Origin: Eledone cirrhosa
Taxonomy: Eukaryota
Reading direction: 5' to 3'
DNA length: 64,000 nt
Assembly: GCA_964016885.1 (NCBI GenBank)
Contig: OZ024743.1
Coordinates: 83,266,001 to 83,330,000, forward strand
Shown: positions 1 to 10,300 of the stretch, piece by piece
How positions within the stretch are numbered: the stretch's first letter is position 1
Layout: every line of letters begins with the position of its first letter
Program-made: the position numbers and the translations under genes
Notes under the pieces: generated by a model
What the model saw: the letters and a program-made list of their open reading frames with translations, nothing else
Database searches by the model: none
What the model was told of the DNA's origin: nothing

Positions 1-88
1 ATGTCGGTGAGCATGTCCAGCTAACCTTAGTCTCCTCTGTGCTACATTTCAGGTGACTTTAGGGAGGCTCCCATACAGCTCTGAGTTC
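1..88 (-). mobile_element. RTE-X-like LINE C-terminal fragment (longer copy at 42243-42515)
   Basis: Minus-strand translation NSELYGSLPKVT*NVAQRRLRLAGHAHRH resembles the end of RTE-X ORFs. Confidence 0.6.
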
Positions 89-238
89 ATATATATATAT
101 ATATATAATATATGTAGTAATAAAGAGTAAATCGTATGTCTAATATTATGAGGGTTGAACCACATTTGTTTGAAATATTTAACCATGAAACAGACAGAAA
201 GATAAAAATATATACAGACCACCTAAATAACTATTATA

Positions 239-320
239 TCTCCCAGACAGATTAGTGATTAATCTGTTTCGCCCTGGGTGTGTTTGTAACAGATAATCCA
301 CGGGCATCATCAGCGAGAGA
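239..320 (-). ncRNA. Type I hammerhead ribozyme, intact core
   Basis: Minus strand: TCTCTCG-CTGATGA-T-GCCC..GGGC-GAAAC-AGATT..AATCT-GTC-TGGGAGA. Stems I, II and III can pair; GUC cleavage triplet. Confidence 0.8.
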
Positions 321-390
321 ATCTGATTAAATGTGAAATATTCATTTTGTGTGACTGTTAACATTAGGTGTTTGTCGCATTTAATCAGAT

Positions 391-476
391 TCTCTCGTTG
401 ATGATTCCCATGGATTAATTATTTGTTACAAAGACACTCAGGGTGAAACAAATTAATCACTAATCTGTCCAGGAGA
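391..476 (+). ncRNA. Hammerhead ribozyme, degenerate copy (core TTGATGA)
   Basis: TCTCTCG-TTGATGA-..-GAAAC-..-GTC-CAGGAGA; inverted partner of 239-320. Confidence 0.6.
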
Positions 477-534
477 TATAATAGTTATTGAGGCGGTCTT
501 TACTGTGTTTATTACTACATATATTATTATTATA

Positions 535-705
535 ATTGTTTCTACTTTAGGCACAAGGCCAGCAATTACTCAGTGCATGACTGGTACTTTATTTTATCGA
601 CCCCGTAAGCATGAAAGGCAAAGTCAACCTCGGCGGGATTTGAACTCAGATTGTAAAGGGACGTAACTATGCTGGAAAGCATGGCGTCCGACCCTCCACC
701 GCCCT
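535..705 (-). mobile_element. tRNA-derived SINE, family 1
   Basis: B-box-like GAGTTCAAATCCC plus core GCCTTTCAT..ACGGGGTCGATAAAATAAAGTACCAG; at least 10 copies in the window. Confidence 0.85.
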
Positions 706-1107
706 TTTATTATTATAATGTTCAGTATTTATACTTTGAGCTTGCTAATTACAGGGTTTCAGTATGAGTTATTAACTCTACCTTTCATTTATATATATAT
801 ATATATATCTATATAAAAACAAATAACGAAACGAAATTAAATTTCGTTTCGTTTGTAACTCACTTTTGTATGACTGATGCTTAAACAATTAAGTTAAAAA
901 TGTACATCTACATATGCATACTGAAATACTAGTATGCATATGAATACACACACGTATACATATGTAGATGTACCAAGTCTTTCACTGGTTACTTTACTGT
1001 GAGTATCCAGCTATTCTGTATGTAAACACACAGACAAGCCGGTTTTTAGAGTCATACTGGTTTTTGAGGAAACACCTTTCCTCTATTCTCCAGAAAGCCA
1101 GACAAGG

Positions 1108-1152
1108 AATATTGAACTAGTTTCGTTGTTGTTACAACTCATCAGCAATATT
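1108..1152 (-). ncRNA. Minimal type I hammerhead ribozyme (palindromic stem III)
   Basis: Reverse complement of 1661-1705. Confidence 0.9.
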
Positions 1153-1660
1153 TACCTATCTACCGGCCTTTCTGGAGAATCGTAAAAGCACATATCGTTA
1201 TATGCTTTTTCTATGAAAATTAGTAGTGGGCAGACTAATTTGCATAGAGTGTGAGTACGTACCGGTTCAACGGAGACGATAAAAACAAATAACGAAACGA
1301 AATTAAAGTTTGTCTGTGTGTTTACATACAGAATAGCTGGATACTCACAGTAAAGTAACCAGTGAAAGACTTGGTACATCTACATATGTATACGTGTGTG
1401 TATTCATATGCATACTAGTATTTCAGTATGCATATGTAGATGTACATTTTTAACTTAATTGTTTAAGCGTCTGTCATACAAAAGTGAGTTACAAACGAAA
1501 CGAAATTTAATTTTGTTTCGTTATTTGTTTTTATCGTCTCCGTTGAACCGGTACGTACTCACACTCTATGCAAATTAGTCTGCCCACTACTAATTTTCAT
1601 AGAAAAAGCATATAACGATATGTGCTTTTACGATTCTCCAGAAAGGCCGGTAGATAGGTA

Positions 1661-1705
1661 AATATTGCTGATGAGTTGTAACAACAACGAAACTAGTTCA
1701 ATATT
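1661..1705 (+). ncRNA. Minimal type I hammerhead ribozyme (palindromic stem III)
   Basis: AATATTG-CTGATGA-GTTGT(AACA)ACAAC-GAA-ACTAGT-T-CAATATT. Perfect core, 7-bp stem I, 5-bp stem II, ACTAGT palindrome, GUU triplet. Stem I is extended by ATTCTCCAGAAAG/CTTTCTGGAGAAT (1633-1645/1716-1728). Confidence 0.9.
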
Positions 1706-1945
1706 CCTTGTCTGGCTTTCTGGAGAATAGAGGAAAGGTGTTTCCTCAAAAACCAGTATGACTCTAAAAACCGGTTTGTCTGTGTGTTTACATACAGAAT
1801 AGCTGGATACTCACAGTAAAGTAACCAGTGAAAGACTTGGTACATCTACATATGTATACGTGTGTGTATTCATATGCATACTAGTATTTCAGTATGCATA
1901 TGTAGATGTACATTTTTAACTTAATTGTTTATATCTATATATATA

Positions 1946-2480
1946 TATTGTTATACTTGGAGAGGGTCATATTGTTAAAATATTGCAAGAAATAATAACA
2001 GAATACACTCACTGTTTGGTTTGGGTTGGTTTTCGCTTCTGTGTCTTATATATCTCCATAGTTAATTTATCTGGCAATCAATGTTTATCATTGATTGACC
2101 AACGGTTAAAAATACAGATATAAATATATATATAGTCTATCGAAGTTCTTTCGACACACATCCGTGGCTCCCGATTCTATCTCTTTGGTTGTAGCCAGAG
2201 AACTGCATGCAATTGATGAATTGTTGGATGTGTCTTTCCATTTCAGTTGGGTCACACATGCGGGACACATTCTTCAACACTCTTACCAAGTCTGCGATCA
2301 GAATATTAAACTTAGCACTATTGGACATTGCAGAGTTTTGAGTATCAGGTATTTGGAGGCCATGGGTTTAGCATAGTGTGAGTGGAGAATTTGGGCCATC
2401 TTGTATGTAGTGATTAACAAGAGTTCCGTGTCTAATACTGGTAGTCTATTGTTAGGATGTTTGGAAGGGTAGTTAAACAT
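1946..2480 (-). mobile_element. Internally deleted PLE remnant (RT thumb fragment fused to 3' pLTR), same family as 17488-19696
   Basis: PSKHPNNRLPVLDTEL..HSHYAKPMASKYLILK matches ORF 18470-19456; 1946-2152 matches 17488-17707. Confidence 0.85.
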
Positions 2481-3124
2481 TATATAACCTCCTCAGTGAC
2501 AAGGCTGTTATTTAGTGTCTCTCCTTTGTTCTGTCCGACACCATCTAGTTTTTGTGAACTCACAAAAACAAGAGATTATTTCTTGTGTTAATTTTTACTA
2601 AACAACAAAACACATTGATTACATCTGAAGGAGCTAAGCTGACAAAGATTTACTTAATGTCTATATTAATGTATGTAAATAATAGAATTATGTGAACCCT
2701 TCAACGATACAGTAATTATTTACAAGTGAAAATATAACAACATTGGAAAAATATATTTCTTCAATATAGTCAATGTTAATCCTAACTTTGCTGACTGTTT
2801 CTCTATACATGGCTTTATGATAATGTCTCCAAAACATGTACCAGACAGTGTTTCAGGTAGCTCTTTACAGTATTAGAACCTTATGTCACCAACGAAACCC
2901 TACACCAACAAATGTCCCTTCAATATCAAAACAGGTCCCTGAAATACAGTTACTCAATCTCTATTTCACAGGTTGACCCAGACATAGTCCTAATGAAAGG
3001 AAATCCTTGTGGAATCATAGGGGTACCTTAGTGACATATAACATTTATTGGGTATTTTAGACCTGGTGGAGACAACACCCTTCTTCCAGATTTGAATACA
3101 CTTGATTTCTTCCAGAGAAAGGGA

Positions 3125-3164
<40 letters not shown>

Positions 3165-3678
3165 ATGGTCCTGTAAATCTTGGGGTAGTCGTAGGGGTAC
3201 TCTAGTGGATTTCAGTCTTTGTTGCACATATTTTAAAACCTGATGGATCCCATCTCCTCTCTCCAGGTCTGAACACAATTGAGATCTGAATAAAACTTCA
3301 AGGGAAATCAGATATTGTATGAATTCATATAAATTCATTAGACTCCTGGTCTAAACTCAACTGATTCCTCCTGGAGAAGGAGAGAGAAGTGAGAAAAAGA
3401 TATTGAGAAAGAATTGACTCCTACTAATAAAAAGGTGGAAGTTAAACTGGTGTTGACATGTCATCAGGAGAGGAGATGATACCTATGTTACAAAGTCCTA
3501 TAAGAATGAATTTGTCTTTGGTTGTTTAATAAAAAGTAACACAACTCATTGATTATATGTAAAAAAAGTAAGTTGACAAAGATTTACTTAATGTCTATAT
3601 TAATGTAAATATTATAATTATGTGAACCTTTCAACGATACAGTAATTATATACAAGGGAAAACATATATAACAACATA

Positions 3679-3949
3679 ACCACTAATACTAAATACTATA
3701 CTGTACATTAGATAATGTAGTCCTAGATACACTATGTCTGATCGCCACTAATACTAACTACTGTACTATACTGTACATTAGATAATGTAGTCCTAGATAC
3801 ACTATCTGATAGTCACTAATACTAACTACAGTAGTGTACATTAGATAATGTAGTCCTAGATACACTATGTCTGAAAGCCACTAATACTAACTACTATACT
3901 GTACATTAGATAATGTAGTCCTAGATACACTATGTCTGATAGTCACTAG
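3679..3949. repeat. ~65-bp minisatellite, ~4 units
   Basis: Unit CCACTAATACTAACTACTGTACTGTACATTAGATAATGTAGTCCTAGATACACTATGTCTGATAG. Confidence 0.9.
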
Positions 3950-4164
3950 TATATACGTAGTTCTCAGGGAGATTCAGCGAGACAAAACGTGTGACATGGC
4001 CTCCTTTTTAAATACATATAGAACCCATCTTATATTATAATGTGTCGGTATTTCATTGACACGTTTAACGTTGACATTGTTCTCAGGGAGATTCAGTGTG
4101 ACAATTCTATGTAACAACGTCCTCCTATAATGACTGGTACAACTTATTATTTTTGCCAGTTGGG

Positions 4165-4250
4165 TGAAATAAAACAATGAGAAATAAAGTGTCTTGTTCA
4201 AGGCCCCAACGTACAGACCACCCGGTATGAGATTCGAACTCACGAACCAT
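4165..4250 (-). mobile_element. tRNA-derived SINE, family 2 fragment
   Basis: GGTTCGTGAGTTCGAATCTC..CCTTGAACAAGACACTTTATTTC; related copies at 23857, 31712 and 46445. Confidence 0.65.
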
Positions 4251-4809
4251 ACGTTCGTTTATTACGTGCTATCACCGCGTAAACCCAGTTTCCTCCACAC
4301 AAAATACACCAGAATAATTTAATCCGGATTAATTCACGAACAAGATTTACAATAAGTCGCTGAGAGTGATCTCCCTTGGCTGACTTTCAAATCTTTTCTC
4401 CCATTAGAAATTAATATGTTTCATGTCCGACTGAAAGACTATGGAGTTTTTACCTGTCTTGGGTTTAATTAATGAGGAATTTTGAGGTATTTATAACAAT
4501 TATTAATTATTTCATTACTGAGATATCATTTGAAGGATTTACTGAAGTTTTTACTTATTAATTATTATATTAGTAACTTAATATGTGGTTCTTGTATAAA
4601 TTATGCTGGAAGATTTTAGGAAGAAGCTATGTAGCCGGTCCCGGTAAAATAGACGCCCAGGCTATGTAGCCGGTAAGAGTGTCAGACTCCATGTGTTGTG
4701 GCCCTTTATGGTCTGAGTTAAGACAATTTAAAATCTTTTCCACCATCAAATGTTAAAAAACAAGTTAAAATCATTTAGTCATCCATTCGTAACGTACGTT
4801 ACACTTTAG

Positions 4810-5935
4810 CTACATATACATCTACTGTGTTACATATACACACATCTACTGTGTTACATATACACACATCTACTGTTTTACATACACACATCTACTGTGT
4901 TACACACACACATCTACTGAGTTATACACACACACATCTACTGTTACATACACACACATCTACTGTGTTACATACACACACATCTACTGTGTTACATACA
5001 CACATCTACTGTGTTACATAGACATCTACTGTGTTACATACACATCTACTGAGTTACATGCACACATATCTACTGAGTTACATACGCACACATCTACTGT
5101 GTTACATGCACACACATCTACTGTGTTACATGCACACACATCTACTGTGTTACATACACATCTACTGAGTTACATACAGACATCTACTGAGTTACATGCA
5201 CACACATCTACTGAGTTACATACACACTTACTGTGTTACATGCACACACATCTACTGTATTACATACACATCTACTAGGTTACATGTACACACATCTACT
5301 GTGTTACATAGACATCTACTGTGTTACATACACACACATCTACTGTGTTAGATACACACATCTACTGGGTTACATAGACATTTACTGTGTTACATACACA
5401 TCTACTTAGTTACATACGCACTCATCTACTGTGTTACATGCACACATATCTACTGGGTTACATAGATATCTACTGAGTTACATGCACACACATCTACTGA
5501 GTTACATACACACACATCTACTGTTGTGTTACACACACATCTGTGTTACATACATATCTACTGAGTTACATACACACATCTACTGTGTTACATACACACA
5601 CATCTACTGGGTTACCTAGACATCTACTGAGTTACATGCACACACATCTACTGAGTTACATATACACACATCTACTGAGTTACATACACATCTACTGGGT
5701 TACATACACACACATCTACTGAGTTACATACACACACATATACTGTATTATATACAGACATCTACTGAGTTACATAGACATACATCTACTGTGTTACATA
5801 CATACACATCTACTGAGTTACATGCACACACATCTACTGGGTTACATACACACACATCTACTGTGTTATATACAGACATCTACTGAGTTACATAGACACA
5901 CATCTACTGGGTTACACACCCACACATCTACTCAT
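4810..5935. repeat. Satellite CATCTACTG(A/T/G)GTTACA+(CA/TA)n, 20-24-bp units
   Basis: Directly visible tandem array; 2.4 kb in the paralog; short inverted patch at 32078-32186. Confidence 0.95.
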
Positions 5936-6789
5936 ACATATTCATAAATAGACACACAATACAAAATAATTATTACATCATACACATTTATGTAATGATT
6001 GTGGGAGGAATTGGCTGGTGAAACGCTATAGCGATGTCTGTGTTGCGTACCTTTAAGGTTTACCGGCTTCGTAACCTTTTCGAAGATTTTATTATAATTA
6101 TGAACCTTGAACTTCAACTAATTATGAATAATTTTGAGCTATTTATCACAATTGTTGGTTAATTACTAACATAGTAACTTTACATATGGTTGTTACATAA
6201 AATTTCGTTGGAAGACTTTAATTTAGATAGGAACCATTTCCATAGAACGAGAATCAATTTTGGCTGGGTTTCTACCAAAAGGGTTAATGAAGAATTTTGA
6301 ACAATTTACTAAAATTATTAATTATTTCATTACTAAGATAATGTGTGAATACACAATTATATATATATATATAAACAGTATACATATAGTATACAAAAGA
6401 TGTAGTGGGATAATGAGTAGTCTTAAGACAAGTCTGTCTAGATAGCTGCGCTGTAACTTACACTTATTGGGACTGTGTTGGCTAGCAGGCCTGTATTTTG
6501 GAGTCTAGCTGGTCCATTATGAGGGAGGTGTGGTTAGTTGGCAGCACCATGCCTTACTTGTGGTATATGTATGTATAAATTATTGCATATATATAACGGT
6601 CCATGTATGTTTACGTATATGTTTGCATACATATATACATTTTCAGATGTATACACGTAAGAGTATATATATCTTTATATATATATATGTATATTTATAA
6701 ATATATAAACATAGATATGAGTGTATATATATATTTATATTTATATATCAATCATCTTTTAATATATATATGTATATATAAAATATATA

Positions 6790-6866
6790 CAGGGTCTCTC
6801 TCAAAATGTATACACACTTCAACTACAGTCTATGTAAATATGTATACATATTTTAGGGACACCCTG
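6790..6866. mobile_element. Tiny Tc1/mariner-type MITE
   Basis: TA-CAGGGTCTCTCTCAAAATGTATAC ... GTATACATATTTTAGGGACACCCTG-TA; imperfect TIRs with TA flanks. Confidence 0.6.
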
Positions 6867-7367
6867 TATATATATACATATCATGTAACGTGACTCCTAC
6901 TATTATTGGTTGTACAGATCGTCACAGATGAAAATATTTATTTCGACCAAGATTGAATATTTAATGGAATTAAGTGGAATTAGGAAATAAGACAATAAAA
7001 GAGTGAAATGAAGACATAAGAGGTACATAGAGTAAAAGAAGAGAGGGGAGAGAGAATTAACACAGTTTTGTCTTTCTATCTCTCTCACTCCTTCCATATT
7101 TTATTGTCTCTTACTACTCCTCGTAAAAGCAGGTCTGACCTTTAGTGTGAATTATATCTACTCATGTAGGTTTAACTTTACCAAGATTACCGAATAACTG
7201 CTCGAACTTGGGGCTTCTGAAACTAACTTATTGTGTTCACAGATGTTGGATGATAATCTTCACCAATAAAAATGTGAAGAAGCAAGGTAATAGATCTTTC
7301 TTTTTGTTTGTATTTGAATTAATTTTTCCGTGTTTTCTTTTCTTTTGCTTGTAAATAGAAGCCACGT

Positions 7368-7752
7368 GTTGTAAGAGTGGTTGAGTTACTGCAGTGTTAA
7401 TGCTTCAGTGTGTGAAAGCCAGGTTAACAGAGAATATGTACGGAACCATGCAAATGCTCTCCCACAGATCTTTCTTTGATTCACGGAGCATCATGCTGAA
7501 GAAGATTGAAAATAAGTTTGGGGCAAGGACACAGCCTTGTTTCACGTCATTCTTGATGAAGAATTAATCAGAGACCATCATTGTGCTTTACCTGTCCCTG
7601 CTGTCCTGTGTGGAGTTGTTGTAGCATGGTCTGGAATTTTAACGGACATCCAAGTCTTCTGAGGATCTTCCACAGTCCATCCCTAGTAACTGTATCAAAT
7701 GCCTTCGTCAGGCCAATGAAGGCAGCGTACAAGGCCATATTTTTCTCTCTAG
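7368..7752 (-). mobile_element. RTE (BovB-like) LINE RT fragment
   Basis: Minus strand reads LYAAFIGLTKAFDTVTRDGLWKILRRLGCPLKF..VKQGCVLAPNLFSIFFSMML; paralog at 50160-50543. Confidence 0.8.
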
Positions 7753-8119
7753 TGGCTATCAGACAGAGTGTATGACGTACGTTTGTCGTCCTTAAAAAAA
7801 GAAATAATGTTCAAGGGCAGATAATCCGACCTACTATATATCTCGATTACCTCCCTTGTCCTACAAATTTAAAACACAAAAATATTTTCGCAAACAGAAT
7901 AAAAATGAAAATTTATTGAAAGACGTATTTATACATACTGGCATAGAAATATAGGTAAATGATATAAATATAACTAATTAGAAATATAGGTAATTCATTA
8001 TATATATATAGGTATGGTTGTGACAGGGGACGAGGCTCCGTATTGAAATATACGCTGACTACAGCAGATTTCTTCCAGAGAGAGATAGAAAGTGAGAGAG
8101 AATAAGAGAGATATAGAGG

Positions 8120-8283
8120 AAGTATCGACCCCAGTATTGGACTGGTACTTTTTTTTATCGACATCGAAATGATGAAAGGCAAAGTTGACCTCGGCGGGAT
8201 TTGAACTCAGAGAGCAGAGAACCGGAATGAATCCCTTAAAGTATTCTATCTGACGTTCTAACGACTCTGCCAATTCGCCGCCT
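8120..8283 (-). mobile_element. tRNA-derived SINE (family 1-related)
   Basis: GGCGGCGAATTGGCAGAGTCGTTAGAACG..GAGTTCAAATCCCGCCGAGGTCAACTTTGCCTTTCATC. Confidence 0.8.
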
Positions 8284-8291
8284 ACCCCCCC

Positions 8292-8329
<38 letters not shown>

Positions 8330-8381
8330 GATTCTTTCTCACGTCGTGTAGACGCGTTCTTGAGACTAGTAAAATGAGGTA

Positions 8382-8469
8382 TCCTCTTGATAAGTCGGCA
8401 GACCTCGCAAGGACTCTATATCTTTGATATATTGTTTTTGTTTATGCCACGAAACTACGTAGTCGAGGA
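8382..8469 (+). ncRNA. Degenerate hammerhead ribozyme within a ~375-bp insertion (8328-8702)
   Basis: TCCTC-TTGATAA-GTCGGCA..TGCCAC-GAA-ACTACGTAGT-C-GAGGA. Palindromic stem III, GUC triplet, two core substitutions. Confidence 0.65.
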
Positions 8470-8703
8470 ATTTAGGAACAGTTTAGGTATGATACATTTT
8501 ATTACTAATTATATCTAAATGTTTCTTCTCTCTTCATAATGTATTTTTAACTCTGATACTGGTTCAGTCTGGTTCAAACTGAATTGGTCTGTCCCAGTCA
8601 TTCATTGAGCAACATCGGTGAAGTTGGCACCCTTAACTCACAGTTGGGCGCGGATGCATTCATGTATATATGTGTGTGTCCGCGTGTATCTGTGTGTTTC
8701 TAA

Positions 8704-8736
<33 letters not shown>

Positions 8737-8739
<3 letters not shown>

Positions 8740-9540
8740 GCAGTGTATCCCGCGTTGTACGGGTAAGAACATTAGTAATAGCACCTCCAATGAGAAACGT
8801 TTATTTGTGAGTGCCTGTTAAAAACTCACGAGAATATACCGACAGGAAGCTTGTTTTATTTGGAGAAAATTAAGAAGTTGAAAGTACAGTTTAGCTGTCT
8901 ACGTGCATTGTTCATAGAAATATTGTTGAGCCCCTTCTTTTCATACTCCTCTGTTTTGGCCTTTTGGTGTAAATGTGAAAGTGAAAGTCACAGATTAAGT
9001 TGGCAGAAGGTTCCAGTGTCATAGCAGTAAGGCGTAGCCTACTTACCTCAAAAGTTCATTCGCACTTTTCCACTAAGTTACTCTTTCTCTCTATCTCTCT
9101 CGGTGCAGTCCCTTGTGAATTTCTCACGTAGGCCTGGTGTAAATTTGCACCCAATCCATCTGCCCGATGCATAGGTCCACTTTGTACGGCTTTTGGAGGA
9201 AGGAGTGACCAGCAGTACGTTGTTCGGTATTATTACGAAAAGGTGTAGCAGAGAATCCCGCGTGAAGTAACAGCTCGGGAGGAAACTGCTTACCTCGAAG
9301 ATTCATTCGCCATCGTTCTTGTCAACGCTCCGTTTAGTTGGTATTTGTTGGTCTACAGTTAGATGAATGGCGCACAGAGGGTTAATGTTTATTGGCAAAA
9401 AGTTTTTTGAATAATAAAAGACGGGTTAAAGCTACCTACAATGTATTTGTGTGTGTGTATTTGGGATGAGCAGAACAAGCAAACATTAAACAATCTTTTA
9501 AATAAATTAAAATACGATTTAATCTCATTTTATATATATA
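8737..9540 (-). mobile_element. Non-autonomous Helitron-like element
   Basis: Minus-strand 3' end ACCCGTACAACGCGGGAT hairpin + ACACTG-CTAG-T; 5' boundary approximate; paralog at 51130-51970. Confidence 0.65.
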
Positions 9541-9668
9541 TATAGTTATGTAATAAACAACATAAGATAATTATTTCATTTACTAGTGGTTTCTTGAAAG
9601 CAAATAAGCTCTGTAACTTACTTAGAGCACTCTTTTTTCCTCTACCTTTCCGACGGAATTACTTCATT

Positions 9669-9750
<82 letters not shown>

Positions 9751-9980
9751 AACAAGTAAGACCCCGACGGCTGAGCTCAAGCCGTTTCGAATGTTTATAT
9801 ATATGTATATGTGTATATATGTGTGTGTTTATGTATATATATGTATATATATATGTATATATAGGTATATAGGTATATATATATGTGTGTGTGTGTGAAT
9901 GTAGCGAAGATAATACGTCAGCAATGACGTGCTCGACAGAATTTAATGCAGACAGACAGACATACAGACAGATATTATAA

Positions 9981-10172
9981 GGGCGGTGGATATTGAGAGT
10001 ATCGGTAGAGGGTCGGACGCCATGCTTTGCCGCAGAGTTACGGCCCTTGTCATTCTGAGTTCAAATCCCGCCGAGTTTAACTTTGCCTTTCATCCTGACG
10101 GGGTCGATAAAATAAAGTACCAGTAATGTACTGCGAGATAATTGCTGGCCTTGTGCCAAAAGTAGAAACAAT
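9981..10172 (+). mobile_element. tRNA-derived SINE, family 1
   Basis: Full-length match to the other copies. Confidence 0.85.
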
Positions 10173-10300
10173 TATAAGGGCTCGAAGTTTGTTTTTTCAT
10201 ATATGAGTGTTTGAATTTCTTTTTACTTAAAAAAAAGGGGCTCATGAAGGTTTTTTTTTTAATAAACGTAATTTGATTGGTTATATATGAAATTATGGCT

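Larger units (their letters stand above)
105..528. mobile_element. Foldback element whose two arms each carry a hammerhead motif (PLE pLTR/retrozyme-like)
   Basis: 226-337 is the inverted copy of 375-500. Termini ATAATATATGTAGTAATAAA / TTTATTACTACATATATTAT are also inverted. Confidence 0.75.
813..1930. mobile_element. Retrozyme-like element: 466-nt circularly permuted non-coding monomer, ~1.06 copies (minus sense, 813-1307) + ~1.34 copies (plus sense, 1308-1930)
   Basis: TAAAAACAAATAACGAAACG at 814 and 1280; GTTTGTCTGTGTGTTTAC at 1308 and 1774 (period 466 in both arms). Absent from the paralogous site at ~43250; sits in (TA)n. Confidence 0.85.
1..10300 (+). repeat. Segmental duplication, copy A (direct repeat of 42428-52688; probably extends left of the window)
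   Basis: Position 1 ATGTCGGTGAGCATGTCCAG = 42428. Colinear matches continue to ...GAAATTATGGCT at 10300/52688. Paired ORFs, e.g. 3057/44374 and 7581/50372. Confidence 0.95.

Noticed and set aside
3415-3480. CTGATGA on the minus strand
   Set aside because: No GAAA or stem II/III downstream, so not a hammerhead.
4810-5935. Conserved repeat with variable spacers, superficially CRISPR-like
   Set aside because: Spacers are only (CA/TA)n slippage variants; eukaryotic context; no cas genes.
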